Assembly: GCF_006345805.1 (NCBI RefSeq)
Contig: NC_043014.1
Span: 51,274,001-51,338,000, forward strand
Reading direction: 5' to 3'
DNA length: 64,000 nucleotides
Source: Octopus sinensis
Taxonomy: Eukaryota
The notes under the pieces were generated by a model. It did not search any database, was not told where the DNA came from, and saw nothing but the letters and a program-made list of their open reading frames with translations. How positions within the stretch are numbered: the stretch's first letter is position 1; each line of letters opens with the position of its first letter. The position numbers and the translations under genes are program-made. Below are positions 39,502-53,865 of the stretch, piece by piece.

Positions 39502-39865
39502 GGAGTGGCTGTGTGGTAAGTAGCTTGCTTACCAAGCACATGGTTCTGCGTGGCACCTTGGGCAAGTGTCTTCTACTGTAGCCTCGGGCCGACCAAAGCC
39601 TTGTGATTGGATTTGGTAGACGGAAACTGAAAGAAGTCCGTCGTATATATGTACGTGTGTATATGTTTGTGTGTCTGTGTTTGTCCCCCCAACATCACTT
39701 GACAACCGATGCTGGTGTGTTTATGTCCCTGAAACTTAGCGGTTCGGCAAAAGTGAACGATAGAATAAGTACTAGGCTTACAAAGAATAAGTCGTAGGGT
39801 CGATTTCTTCGACTAAAGGCGGTGCTCCAGCATGGCAGCAGTCAAATGTCTGAAACAAGTGCAAA
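39502..39865 (+). mobile_element. SINE family A
   Basis: Near full length with a small deletion over the B box. Confidence 0.92.
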
Positions 39866-41035
39866 GGGTATATAATAATGTGTGTGTGTTTCTGTGTATG
39901 AAAGACATAGGAAGTAAAATGGCTGAGGTCTTAAAAAAATGAATGAATTCCCCACAAGAGTAGAAAAGACGCTGTTTAACAATAGAAAACACTAAATATA
40001 AAGCGTACGTCTACCTACCAACATATCTACCTACATATACAAATATCTGTATCTCTCTATCATCTATCTATACATACGTATATATATTTAGCTAATTAAA
40101 TAAAAAGGATGCTTAAAAGCCAATATAGTGCTTTTAAACACTTTTCCATATTCATTGTTCCTGGTTTTTCCTTGTACTTGTAATTGTTTATTTTTTTGTT
40201 GTTGTTGTTGTTGTAATTGTATACAATCTATCATTTACCATCAGTCTGTTTTAACTTTACTTAGCCAATGTTAACGGTTCTAAGAGACACTTCTTCGTTA
40301 ATTGGAAAAGTTTAAAAAACGTATTAAAATACAGACACTCACTAAGCTATACCAATATATATATAAATATATATACACGCATGCATATATATATATATAT
40401 ATACGCATATATATATTTATATATATCCTTCTGAATTTCGATGTAATAATTTTTCTTTCGTTCTCTTTTGTTTTCCTTTTAAATTTTTTTTTTTTGGTAT
40501 TTTTATAGTTTATTTTAGTATATTTTTTTGTTTTTCTTGTCCATAAAACTTTTAGCAAGATAAACATCGATTTATTTATTTATTTTATTTTATTTTATTT
40601 TTTTGCGGTTGCTGCTGACATTTAAGTTGATGTTTCTCGAATTTTTATCCATTAAAAGTATATACAATGTAAATATCCGAAAAAAAGTCAACATAATTGA
40701 TTTATCTTAGAGAATTATAAAAATAAAAAAAAAATTAACAAAAACAAACTCACAAAAAACAACTGAAATAACAAATAGACAAACAAGCCGACAGACAGAA
40801 AATATAACGTTATACGTTTCCAAGTTACATAAATATAATGCATATATATATATATATATTATATATATATATATATACAAACACACGTATCCACAACCTG
40901 CCACCAGACATACACACGCTATTATATATATTTCTTAAGTACATACACACACATAGATACACATAGATACACATATATACCCATTCATACACACACCGAC
41001 ATGCTATTACAAACATCCATAGTTTCGTTAACAGT

Positions 41036-41082
<47 letters not shown>

Positions 41083-41481
41083 ACATGTATGTTTACACGA
41101 TTAATTTGTTGTAAAATCGTCGTTAGCTTCTATACTAAAACCACGACTGTCGACGAAACTGAACGATAAGTTCCCTAGGTGCAATGCTTTAAGTTTGAGA
41201 ATTTTCTTGACTAAACCAAACCAAGAATTGAATTTGGCTACTTAGGAACTGGTGCTTTAGACTGAAGTCGATATTTCTAATTAAATTCTATCAGGGAATT
41301 AATTTTTGTTATTGTTTTCGTTCTTGAAGTCACATTATTTAGAAATCTATTCGTTTTCGTTTTTGACTTTTTTTTTATATGTAGTTTCAGTTTTTTTTTA
41401 TGTCGGTTTGATTGAAACCATCTTATTGGGCAATGACTATATATGTTAACGAAACAATGTTTCGATATGCTGTTGTTTTTG

Positions 41482-41537
<56 letters not shown>

Positions 41538-42073
41538 TTAGTGTCTTTGTTGTGTTTTTGTTCAAGGATGTTAATGAAAATACGATAGTGATATCCAATC
41601 TCTTGTGCTGTTAGTAAATGCAATTTAATGATTAAGTAAAAGCGTCACGTATCTTCAGACAACTGTAATACACACTATAAAAAGTAAGCAATTACAAAAA
41701 AAAAATATATTTACAAAAAAAAAAAATGAAATTAATCTAGAATGCAATTAGAATGCAGGATTAGTTGAATCTCAGGAGATAATTAAAGATCAAATCTCAT
41801 TGAACAAAATAGACCATACTACTTATCGCTGATGCAGAGAATTATCTGAAAGCTGTGTCAATAAACAGTATATGCTTGTCATATTGGATCTCATGTATGT
41901 ATATCTGTGTATGTAACCGAAAGCATTTCCGTTATATGTCTCAGTAAATTTTATATTGTCGTAGTCTTGGGCCAAAATCTCTCTACAATTGTCAAACTGT
42001 ATTGTTGCTTAAGTGACGGCTTCTTTTATACCATTACCTTCTCTGTTGAAATAAAAGAGGAAGTTTAAGACTG

Positions 42074-42548
42074 TCATCATCATTGTTCGACCGTGGCCGA
42101 GACAATGGAATTTACCATGCTACGCCAGACTTCACGGTCCATCATGTCATTACGGAGGTCCTGTTGCTGGATGCCTGTATCCCTGGAGATTATATCAGGG
42201 TAGGAGAGTGTGCGCCCTCTGGTATCGCGAGCAGATGGCTTCCAGGAGAGAAGAGTAGAAATTACCTCGTTTTCAGCTCTACAACAATGTCCAGCAAACT
42301 GGACTCTCCTACCTTTCACAAGAGATGATACAGGTGGTAATTTCCCATATATTTGTACTTTGGTTGGATGACGCTTCCACTAGAGATTTTGAGCTCTCAT
42401 AAGGAGGCGAGTGTAAGTTACACCCAACCGCCTTCTCAAGTTTCTTTGATAACGTCCAAGTTTCTGAGCCGTATAGTAGAATTGGTTCGACTGTGGCTTT
42501 GAAGATTTCAAGTTTGAAGTCTCTGCGTAGATTTGATGAGCAGATCTC
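42074..42548 (-). mobile_element. 5'-truncated RTE-clade LINE (ORF C-terminus)
   Basis: Minus translation across frameshifts: ..IFKATVEPILLYGSETWTL..WKRHPTK..RRVQFAGHC..DREVWR..*, then a (TGA)n tail. Confidence 0.88.
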
Positions 42549-43357
42549 ATGATAGTCATGTATATCTTTATAGGAAAACGATCGTTTTAACCAGAAATAA
42601 TTTTGAAATTCAGTACCTGAAGACTATAGACAAGCCTGCATAACTAATGGTAAGAGTTGTAATCACTTAAAATCATTAATCAGATATTCAGCGATGTTTA
42701 TTCATAAGGGTCGCGATATTTCCAGATGTATTGATGTAGCATTTAATGAGATGGAAAGAGGGACGTTTTCATGGACGCTGAAACAAATGAAAGATATCGT
42801 CTCATGAATAATGGTTACCAAAGTTTCTATAGTTGAATTATTTCACTAGGGATTTTATTCCTATCTTATTGACGCAACAGGCAAGTTCTTGACCTTTAGG
42901 GCCAAGTGGGATTTGACAACTTACTACGGTTGTCCAAGAATCAAAATAAATTATCAATCAAAATGTCATGCGTTGCTTTTACCCTTGTTGTCAAAACAAC
43001 TCCCCCACCACCACCACACAAATACATGTATGTAACTATAACTGCGTAGAAAATGCCTATTAACCATTTCAAAACACACTTAAATCATTTAAACATTTAT
43101 TTGGTGTCACTGACACGGTCGCATCGCATTCGGTTTCTGGTGAGATCTTTGATAGGCATATATAGATTCTAGGGTTACGGTTTTTTTAATCTATATATTT
43201 TACTTTCTGTAATTGCTTTTGGTTTAAACAAACGTTTTCAGATCAAATCACATTCACTGCAAATACATCTCCGAAATTTTAAATATATCTGTCTGTCTCT
43301 ATCTTTATCTACCTCTGTCTGTCTGTCTATCTCTGTCTGTCTGTCTACCTCTGTCTA

Positions 43358-43561
43358 TCAAGCGATGGTGAGGGGGTACAGACACACAAATATATACACA
43401 CACATATATTCGACGCGATTCTTTCAGTTTCCGCCTACCAAATCCACTCACAATGCTTCGGACGGCCCGAGGCTATAGCAGAAGACACTTGCCCAAGGTA
43501 CACGCAGTGAGACTGGTAAGCCTGGTAAGCAAGCTACTTACCACACAGCCACTCCAGCGCC
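43358..43561 (-). mobile_element. SINE family A, partial
   Basis: TTTCAGTTTCCGCCTACCAAATCCACTCACAA..CTTACCACACAGCCACTCC. Confidence 0.85.
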
Positions 43562-43592
43562 AATGCTGTATGTGTGCGTATGGTGTGTATAT

Positions 43593-43626
<34 letters not shown>

Positions 43627-43879
43627 CACACAGTAATCCCCCAACAATCTCGGGTTTTACGTTGCAAATCCCCGCCCCTGCTATAGGAGAATATCCGCGA
43701 AGTAGAAACTCTGTGTGTGTGTGTGTGCGTGCGTGCGTGCGCTTTTATGTTGACTGGATATTGTGATATAGAGTAATATATTCATATTTTGAGAGCAAAA
43801 TATATAGTGTTTGTGTATGTATGCTGTATATATATATGTGTGTGCTGTGTATATATATATATATATGCATGAGTATGTG

Positions 43880-43914
<35 letters not shown>

Positions 43915-45847
43915 GTTTTATACGTGTGTGCGTGCGTGTCCTTGCACGAATGTATGAATGAAGGACAGCGCCCGTGTTTGTATGAATTTGGAGCAATAAA
44001 AAACAAACCCAAAATATATATATAATCAGAATTCGTGAATTGGTGGTGGCGATGGAGGAATCTTATACAATGAGGTCTGCAGAACAATTAATGTATATTT
44101 ATTTTTAACCGTTCTGGGATTTATAGTTCTTCGATTGAATTCTCATAAAAGTTCCTGTAACCTCTCAACCATAAGGCGTCAGTAATATAGCAAATAATAA
44201 TAATAATAACAACAATAATAATCTGTTGTATATGAATATATTTTTTGAGCACAGCAGCATGTTATATATATATATATATATATATAATCCTTATTCATCG
44301 TGTTTGTGTGGTTATTTGTTCAATATTACTATCCATTTAGCTCTTCATAACATACTATAACATTGCATTCAGTCTTGCAACTAAGTCACATTATATGCAT
44401 TGGCAGAATCGGTAGAGCATCGGACGTGATACTTTGCGATATGTGTTTCGGATACTTAGGTTGGCGGTTTCGATCCATCCGAAGTTCAATTATTGATTTC
44501 GTTCTTCAGAGGTCGACAAAATTTAATGCCAAGCTTTGGTATATTCTACTATTCTAATAGTCTGATGGTCATTGCTGTTGAGGCTTAATAGATCGAAACA
44601 TGTCTGGAGTTGTCATCTCTCTACGAACAAAGCGTATTAAGCGTGTAAATTCCATTCGTTTTGTTTAGTTATTCAATTTTCAAAACTGATCTCATATTTT
44701 CAAAATTACGGAAAATTAATGTCTGTTATTCTATGGTATTCTACAAACAAGGAATTTTCAATTATGAAATATTTGGCGTTGAATTCAATACAATACTCTA
44801 TAATATAATCCTATTGAAAGTAGCAGCAAATCTCGAAGCAAATAAACCATAAATCGTTCAGTGTAAATATTGGGTTAATCTCCACCCTTCTTTATTTTAC
44901 GTATTCCAGTCATTCGGCAGCAGCCTTCAAGAATTTTAGTCGACCGAATCGACTCCAGTAATTATTTGTTTGAAGACTTGGTAATTTTACTGGTGCCTTT
45001 TGCCGACCTTTTTACGTCCGCTTCCTTAACCACTGGACCATTGCGCCTCCACATATTACGTAAATATTGTAGTACATATATAAAATACATGACACTGGCT
45101 CTCCTCAGTTTTTTTGTCAATTGAAAACGCGCGGGCTTGACGGAAGATGGAACGGGAATTGCATTGCAATGGATTCACTGCTGAAAAAAAAAAAACTTTT
45201 TTAATGTGGTCGTCCGTCTTACGATAAGACAATATCTAACCATGATGACATTATCACGTATAACCTTTTTCTTCAAGATAAGAATTAGTTTTAAATTCCG
45301 TTCTGCTCGCTGCTGCTGTTTCTACGATGCTAAAACACCTAGAAGTAACCTTATTAGCTCCCAGATATATGTGTGTCTAAATACATACATACATATATAT
45401 ATATACATATATATATATATGCCAAGTAGGAAAGCTTATGATAAATGTGTTGAAAGCATTTCCACGGAAGCTGGGCTAAATGCGTACGATAGCGCCATCT
45501 GGTTTATGTAATGGTCGTAGTTTGTATGAAATGACAGACAGGAAATCTATCTGGAAAACATACAAGTGAATCTTTTGAACTAGCGAATGCCAAGTTAAAC
45601 GTACTTTAAAAGATCGACAAGAAGGCGGACAATAATAACAGGATGTATAATGGAAATGGGTGTATACGAATTGTATTGACGCTGGTAGAATAGAATGTTG
45701 TAATGTTATTGCTAAACTGTGCTTCAAGAACAAAGGTACACAAACAACGATATCAAAGATAAAAGACATTTCATATATATATATATATTTATATATAACA
45801 ATAAAATCATATCTCCTCTCATCCTTTCTCTCTCTCACTATATATAT

Positions 45848-45887
<40 letters not shown>

Positions 45888-46049
45888 CTTACACAAACAC
45901 TCATATATATATATACACTTATACAAACACTCATATACGTACATATATATATATGAGAGCGATAAACATATATATATATATAATATATATATATATATAT
46001 TATATATATATATATATATATATTTCTTTTATTTCTCTTTTTCTTTTAA

Positions 46050-46182
46050 TTGTTTCAGTCATTTGACTGCGGCCATGCTGGAGCACCGCCTTTAGTCGAG
46101 CAAATCGACCCCGGGACTTATTCTTTGTGAGCCCAGTATTCGGTTGTCAAGCAATGCTAGGGGGAAAAACACAGACACACAA

Positions 46183-46215
<33 letters not shown>

Positions 46216-46392
46216 CATATATACGACAGGCTTCTTTCAGTTTCCGTCTACCAAATCCACTCACAAGGCATTGGTCGGCCCGGGGCTATAGCAGAAAACA
46301 CTTGCCCAAGATGCCACGCAGTGGGACTGAACCCGGAACCATGTGGTTGGTAAGCAAGCTACTTACCACACAGCCTAGCCACTCCTGCGCCT
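46050..46392 (-). mobile_element. SINE family A with internal deletion
   Basis: Both ends intact. Confidence 0.92.
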
Positions 46393-46839
46393 ATACATAT
46401 ATATATATATGTGTATCGCTCTCTCTCATATATAGTCCAATAGACTAGTACGAATAGTTTCATAGCTACTGATTAGACAATGATTGTAGGCTAGCGGAGG
46501 AGAGTTCCCATCCCAATATGATAAATGTATGTAAAATATATGCTATTCAAGGTTTTTGCTTGCCTCATTGCAAGAAGCTACAAGTCCTGACTGTTGAGAT
46601 ATTTTACTTATGTAGGAAGTGCCTGGCTGACATTTTCATACTAGTCGAGCGACTGCGCACTAGATAGATCATTGGTTAGATTATCTGTTAAATATTATAC
46701 TTATATAATAACTGGTCTTTTTTTAATTTTTACTTTAACATTGCCAAAGAAACAACAACGAGTTCCTGTGGTGTATTCAATGTCTCAACACCAATACCAC
46801 CGTCGTGGTACCAAAATACTTGACATCGTAATGGGAACG

Positions 46840-47047
46840 TATTGATGACTTGCAGAGACACAGTATTTCGTTATGTAACCATAATATACTACAACGCTTC
46901 ATAAGTGAATACTGTGTTAGCAGTGCTATAAAATTAAATTAAAGCACTGCTAACACAGAACACGGCATTGCCTTATAAAGCTTTTAATATACTTTGTAGT
47001 ATATTTTGGTTGTATAACGTAATACAGTGTGTCTTCAAGTCGTTAAT
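46840..47047. repeat. ~210-bp fold-back with a perfect 16-bp inner stem
   Basis: 46912-46927 pairs with 46943-46958 perfectly; outer arm ATTGATGACTTGCAGAGACACAGTATTTCGTTATGTAACCATAATATACTACAA matches the reverse complement of ~46993-47047. Confidence 0.9.
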
Positions 47048-47107
47048 GAGTACAAACCTAGCTGCCAAGAATGTGCTTAATAAGTGAAATTCGTATAACG
47101 AATAATA

Positions 47108-47275
47108 AAGCGGTTCGGCAAAAGATGCAGATAGAACCGGTAAAATGCTTAAAAAATTAAGTAATGAGTTCGATTCATTCGACCAACAATTTTGGAATGC
47201 AGTGCTCCAGTATGGCTGTGGACTGATGACTGAAACAAATAAAAGATAAAACAAAAGATCATTGGTAAGAGATAA
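47108..47275 (+). mobile_element. SINE family A, 3' fragment
   Basis: AGCGGTTCGGCAAAAGA..GTGCTCCAGTATGGCTG..ATGACTGAAACAAATAAAAG. Confidence 0.75.
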
Positions 47276-47839
47276 AACTATAAATAACCTAGCATCAGTT
47301 TCAGCAAGATGTTCCGCCCATGCTGGAGCACTACTGTTTGCTTCAACTCTTTCTTCATTTCATGCCTATTTTAAAATTACTTCCCAGAACTGTTAGAGGA
47401 GTCGGACCTACCATTCTTTGCGCTTCTTGATACATATAAAAATACCCTCAATACACAAAATCCCGGCGCCTCTATCTACATTGAGTATGATGCCATATAC
47501 CACATCACCTCTTTGCATACAGTGACCTAGAGTATACATTACACCCACAAATTCCCACCCTTTTACAGTTAATTTAATAAAGCGTAGATTAGCTTGAACA
47601 TTACTTTCGCTTGTATATAGACTGCACATTTCGTTTCTCTTCAATCTTTGAATACAAACTAAAATTCCAGGCGCTTTTAGATGAGAGAATTTTTCCTTCT
47701 TGAGTAACTATTGACGCTAATGGAATGGAAGAAAGGATAAAGTACAATAAAGTACAAGAGATATTCGTTTATAAGTGACTTTGCCATCACCTGAATTCGT
47801 ACAAAACGAAAAATAAATGAAAATGCCCGGGAAGCTAAT

Positions 47840-47899
47840 ACATGTGTATATATATATATATGCTTGTGTATATGCGTGCTTGTAGATTTACATATATGC

Positions 47900-47930
<31 letters not shown>

Positions 47931-48021
47931 TTTATATATAGGTGTATTGTATGCATGTATGTATGTACATACATCTGTATATGTATTTCTTGGTTTGTGT
48001 TTTTACTCCCTCTGTGCGTGC

Positions 48022-48053
<32 letters not shown>

Positions 48054-48213
48054 TATATGTGTGCGTGTGTATATATATGTGTGTATATATATATATATAC
48101 ATGTGTGTATATATATATATATGTTTGTATATATATATAAATATGTGTATGTGTATATATTTATGTGTATATATTTATTTGTATATATATATGTGTGTAT
48201 ATATGTGTGTGTG

Positions 48214-48244
<31 letters not shown>

Positions 48245-48253
48245 GTGTGTGTG

Positions 48254-48331
<78 letters not shown>

Positions 48332-48931
48332 CACACACATACCCACGCAATATTGTGTCATGCGATCCCTGCGGATATAAAATGTGCCATATCATCTGAA
48401 ATTTAATTAAAGCAATGGAACAGAAAACAAGGCAAAAGATAAATACACAGATTATACGTAATGCAAGTGTGTGTTTGAAAGAAGCCTAACTGTTTTCGAT
48501 TTAGATATCCTCTTCTCTTCTATCATTGTAGCCTTACTGTCTAAACCAATAAAGGAAGAGGTACATGGGTTGGTCAAACGTCGTGACAAGATAATACATA
48601 TATATATATGTATATATATTTATATATATAAAGATTGTATGTCGTCAAGAAGAAAACGACTGAGAAAGAGAGGGCGTAGTGCTGTCAGAGGTTGCTAATG
48701 CGAAAAAAATATCACGGAAATGAAGAAGAAATATGGACGACAAAAAATAAGAGAAAAGTCTCTTGTTGACTTATATTGTAAAGTGGCCCAGTTAATATTG
48801 CTTTCGTTAGTGATCCATTGAAGAGAGGATGTATTTGTTATGTCTTTTCTGAGCTGGAATAGATTCTTTTGTATAGAGAATGGGTTGGTTCCTTTTTTTG
48901 TCCTTTTTTATGAAATATGTACGATGCATTT

Positions 48932-48989
<58 letters not shown>

Positions 48990-49452
48990 CTATATGTGTA
49001 CATATATGCATGTATCTATATGTGTACGTATATGCATGTATCTATGTGTATATATGCATGTATCTATGTGTATATATGCATGTATATATATGTGTATATA
49101 TATGCATGTACGTATGTGTACATATATGCATGTATGTATATATGTGTATATATATGAATGTATGTATGTATGTGTATACATATATGCATGCATGTATATA
49201 TGTGTATATATATGCATGCATGTATATGTGTGTATATATATATATATGCATGTATGTATATATATATATGCATGTATGTATATATGTATATGCATGTATA
49301 TATGTATATGCATGTATGTATATACACATGCATATATATATATATATACACATGCATATATATATATATATACATGCATATATATGTATATATATATATA
49401 CACATGCATATATATATGCATCTATATATATATATATATATGCATGTATATA
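47840..49452. repeat. two long (TA)/(TG)/(TGCA) compound tracts (47840-48345, 48930-49452)
   Basis: Seen directly. Confidence 0.85.
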
Positions 49453-50212
49453 ACATAGTACAAAAAGGTTAATATTGCCTTGTAGGGAAATAACAGCTAG
49501 CGAGCGAGCACTGCTGATGTTACTATCTATCATCGGAGTGTGACTGTTATTTTATATATGTTCTATAGATTGCAAATAGATCTACGTTAATCTAGGAAAG
49601 GAGGAGAACTTCACTTGACAGATTCAACTATAAAAAGATAGCAATAAATAACCTTGCCCCACCAAAAAAAATACAAAAAAAGGGAAAACACAAACGAAAT
49701 AAAAATTTGTGTTGCGTGTTTTTTACGTATTTTACTTTTCTCCGTTTGGGTTTTTTTTTTGTTGTTTCTTTTACTTATTTGATTGTTTTCCCAACATAAC
49801 ATTTGAATAATCTATCAGGTTTCATCTTATGAATGGAGAAAAAAAAAATCAAGCTGGAGATGAGATGAAAAGAAAAGCAAAAATGAAACGTGTATACACA
49901 CGCAGAAACGCACACGTACACACACATATATATGGGCTAAGTGTGAATAAAAAGAGTTCAGCTGGAACAGGGCTAGATAACCTTTTAATTCCACAATTCC
50001 TTCTCCACCATTCAAACAATAACTCGGGTCAAATTGAAAGATGGAATCAAGGACTAGCTGTACAATATGTTCGAAGAAACATTAATACTGTAAAGACTAT
50101 AAATTCAGATGACGCATTCATGGCTAGAACTACTTGAACCGCGAGGCTGTTCCATTATGATTTCTGTTCTTGTTTTTTTTCTTGTTTGACAGAAACGATA
50201 GAAGCTCGGACA

Positions 50213-50587
50213 GTGGAGGCACAATGGCCCAGTGGTTAGGGCAGCGGACTCGCGGTTTCGATTCCCTAGACCGGGCGTTGTGAGTGTTTATTGATCGAAA
50301 ACACCTAAAAGCTCCACGAGGCTCCGGCAGGGATGGTGGTGATCCCTGCTGTACTCTTTCACCACAACGTTCTCTCACTCTTTCTTCCTGTTTCTGTTGT
50401 ACCTGTATTTCAAAGGGCCGGCCTTGTCACTCTCTGTGTCACGCTGAATATCCCCGAGAACTACGTTATGGGTATACGTGTCTGTGGAGTGCTCAGCCAC
50501 TTACACGTTAATTTCACGAGCAGGCTGTTCCGTTGATTCGGATCAACCGGAACCCTCGTCGCCGTAACCGACGGAGTGCTTCCACAC
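50213..50587 (+). mobile_element. tRNA-derived SINE, family C, with 13-bp TSD
   Basis: TSD AGAAGCTCGGACA at 50200-50212 and 50588-50600; A-box TGGCCCAGTGG, B-box-like GTTTCGATTCC. Confidence 0.92.
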
Positions 50588-51202
50588 AGAAGCTCGGACA
50601 AAAATAGACTTGGTTCTACGAGTATTAGGAATTAACGCGAACTCTAAAAGCAAATGGTGAATTTAATCCACGCCAAATAAATACGTACGTACGCACGCAT
50701 ACAGACATATATACAGATGCGTGTATATATATATGCGTTGTTTATAAGAAACCGCAAGACCGTAAGCAGGCGGGGCATGTTGCTACTCAAGAGGTCGCAA
50801 ATGGCAACGAAGCGATTTTGACTAACGATTGACTAGTTAACAGAAAGGTTAAGCAATGAATCAGTTAGCTATTTGGTTAAATGTTTAATTAAGTGTCTTG
50901 CTCCAAATTACAACAATCTGAACCGTGTGATGCCAGACGCGCTCTCACATACCTATATAACGTCCATATATCGCATGCATTACGTCCCATGTATAACGTC
51001 CATAAATCCCATGGGATTGTATACTTACAATCCCATGTATAAAATAATAATGCAATCGTTGTATACAATGCTCAGGTGCATTACAACAAAGTTTTAACTC
51101 CAAGAGGACGCCTGCTCTGGCTGGTTAACGATGCATCCGACATATGTTGCAGGCAGGGGAGTGAATCTCTACCATTTCCTAGCTAGCTGACATGATCACC
51201 AG

Positions 51203-51242
51203 ACCAGGCCGGTTTCGAGCTATTTTTCCCATCTTCAGTGGT
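51203..51242 (-). ncRNA. minimal type I hammerhead motif, probably inactivated
   Basis: ACCA-CUGAAGA-UGGGAAAAAUAGCUC-GAAACCGGCC-UGGU; the triplet is GCC instead of GUC. Confidence 0.6.
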
Positions 51243-53865
51243 GGACACCTGCCTGCTAGAGTTACACAATCTCTGAGGATTAACAGCAATACAGCTTATG
51301 CTATGCAATGACAGTTTGTCGATGCCAAACATAAACACACACGTACACATGCGTACATGGAAGCGTTGAAATATTCCAGTCTGTGATATGTAAAATAATG
51401 CTTTCTCTCTCTCTCTCCCTCCTCTCTCTCTCTTTCTCTTCCACACACACATATCACAGAGGGTGGTGGAAATAATCTATATGTATTAGAAATCTCTTGC
51501 TGAAACTAATATTAAAAATATATTAAAGTCATATTAATATGGAAACGGTAAAAAAAAATGGGGAAAAAATATATTTAGCACTAGAATTTTAGTTCCAATT
51601 TCAATAACGAATATATTCGTCTGATTTTTATCTATGAAGATATGTGAATGATATCGATTTCAAATTTTGAGTAAAATACAAAAAAGAAGTATATATAAAT
51701 AAAAATTTGAATTAAATCTGAAATATGAATTAGCAAACACATTTATCAATATACAGAGACATGTCTACGTACATAAACACACTCACTTTGCTGCTTTATT
51801 TGATATATATATATATATATATGTTTGATTGTTGCTTCACTCATTGAACTGCGACCAAGCTGGAGCATCGCCTTAAAGTGTTTAGTCGAATAAAGCAACA
51901 CGTGTAATTTAACTTTTTAACTATGATACTTACTTTCTCGATCCGTTAGTTAGCGAAGTCAAGACCAAGCCGTTAGGTTTTAAGTCGTACTTGGGTTAAA
52001 CACTACACAAAACACACAGCACCTCCATATATATCTATAGTAAATTGATCTGCGTAAAAAGGCCAACTAGAAGTGCACACCATCTAATTAGTCCAATATT
52101 AATGCATTCGTTTCACTCCACATGTATTACACGCGCTATTAAGAGAACAAATGTGTTTCTCGGGCACTGTTTATTATAAGAAACCAAAAAGTTTAAAGTG
52201 AAGTGAAGTGAAGCACCATGTCGTGTATGTGTGTGTGTATATATATACACACACCATGACATCGTTTTCCAGCTTCGATTCCACCTGCCAGTTTTTAGTC
52301 GACCCCACCACGACAGGTTATATAGAAGACGGACGCTCCAGATACTGCGCAGTGGAACTGCCCTACAGTTGAGGAGCAAATTTATTTCTCACACAAAAAT
52401 GTGTGTGTGTGTGTGAGGGAGAAAGAGAGAGTTTGTGTAGTGAATATAAATCTACCAATACCTCATTCTTAAGCGGCAAAAGTTATTAGATGCTCCAAGC
52501 GGCAAGAGCTTCGCGTGTGAGACGAAGTGACTCAAGTATTACGTAGTAACTTTGTAGCTGCGGCCGATTAAATGTTAAACATATATATTGCTCTATTCAA
52601 TTTTATTCATCCTTTTTCTTCTTCCCCCTCACCTTTCCCACTCTGTATATATTTATTCATTCATCTCTCTCTTTTTATTGTGTGTATATTATATATATAT
52701 ATATTATATTATATATATATATATATATATATAATCTCGATAGATAGACAGATGTATATGTAGACTAATAGGTGTACGTGCATGCATAGATATACTTAAA
52801 TTTGTATGCGTTATACGTGACAGAAAGAACACAACAAAGCCGCCATGATATATATATATCAGACTCCCTAAAATAATCCTGACCTATTATATTATTAATA
52901 TGCGGCGAGAGATGTTCCTGGTGAACACTTTGACAACTTGACCTATAATATCACAGCTGACATTAATAACATAATTATTATTTGCATGGCAGGAAATCAG
53001 CCATTTTGGTTTTCAAAATTTATTTTCCGTTTTTTTCTGAACTTATTATAATACTTTTTTTCTTTATTATTAACAAAGTACTTCCTGTATCTGATCTAAA
53101 CTACACGACTGTGATTTATTTTCTTTCTGCTGTGCATTTAGAAAGAATAAAAAATAGCCTCTAGATGAAATAGCAATTTTGTATTGAAGGGTCTTCAAGA
53201 AATAGTATGGTTTGACTTTGTATTATAAGCAAACGAATCGCCTTAAAACTTACATCAGTTGTAGTTCCGGAGACCCTCACCCAAGATATTGATTATTTTG
53301 TACGTAAATCTCTAGAACTACTATGCATAAAACAATTTGTGTTAGTCACGATTGGAGGGTCTTTCATTGCAGGTCTACTCCCTCTGGGCTCCACTAATAC
53401 TATGCCACGCAATGACAAAACAACTATTTTATTTTTGTAGAACTTTATTCGTTTTCGATTCAAATTATGACATGGCCTTACATATCATGAAATTCGATAA
53501 ACTAATCATCAATCAGTAATGAATGATCATTTAATTTGCGAATTAACACAGTCATTAGAGAGTTAGATACAACGCTACATAGTGTTTCTTCAGACACAGG
53601 GCTATCTTAGTTCAAATCCCTCTAAAATCCACTTCCCGGTCCAACCTTTCAGCCATAGATCAACTATCGACTGGCACGCCATCGGCTACAACTACATGTG
53701 CTCCAATTTATCCGATCAACGGAAATGCCAGCTCGTGAAGTTAACCTCCAAATCTGTTAATCGGTTATAATCTCCATTGCAGGCATATCATTTTCCGATA
53801 TATCTCATCGTTATGTATTTTATGAATGTGTCTTGCTTGGTTTTTCACTACTATTTTATTATGGA

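Noticed and set aside
41140-41165. miR-76/981-like TGTCGACGAAAC
   Set aside because: Seed does not match and there is no convincing precursor hairpin.
44560-44612. Hammerhead-like CTGATGG...GATCGAAACATGTC
   Set aside because: Core lacks the GA and stem I does not abut; at best a decayed relic.
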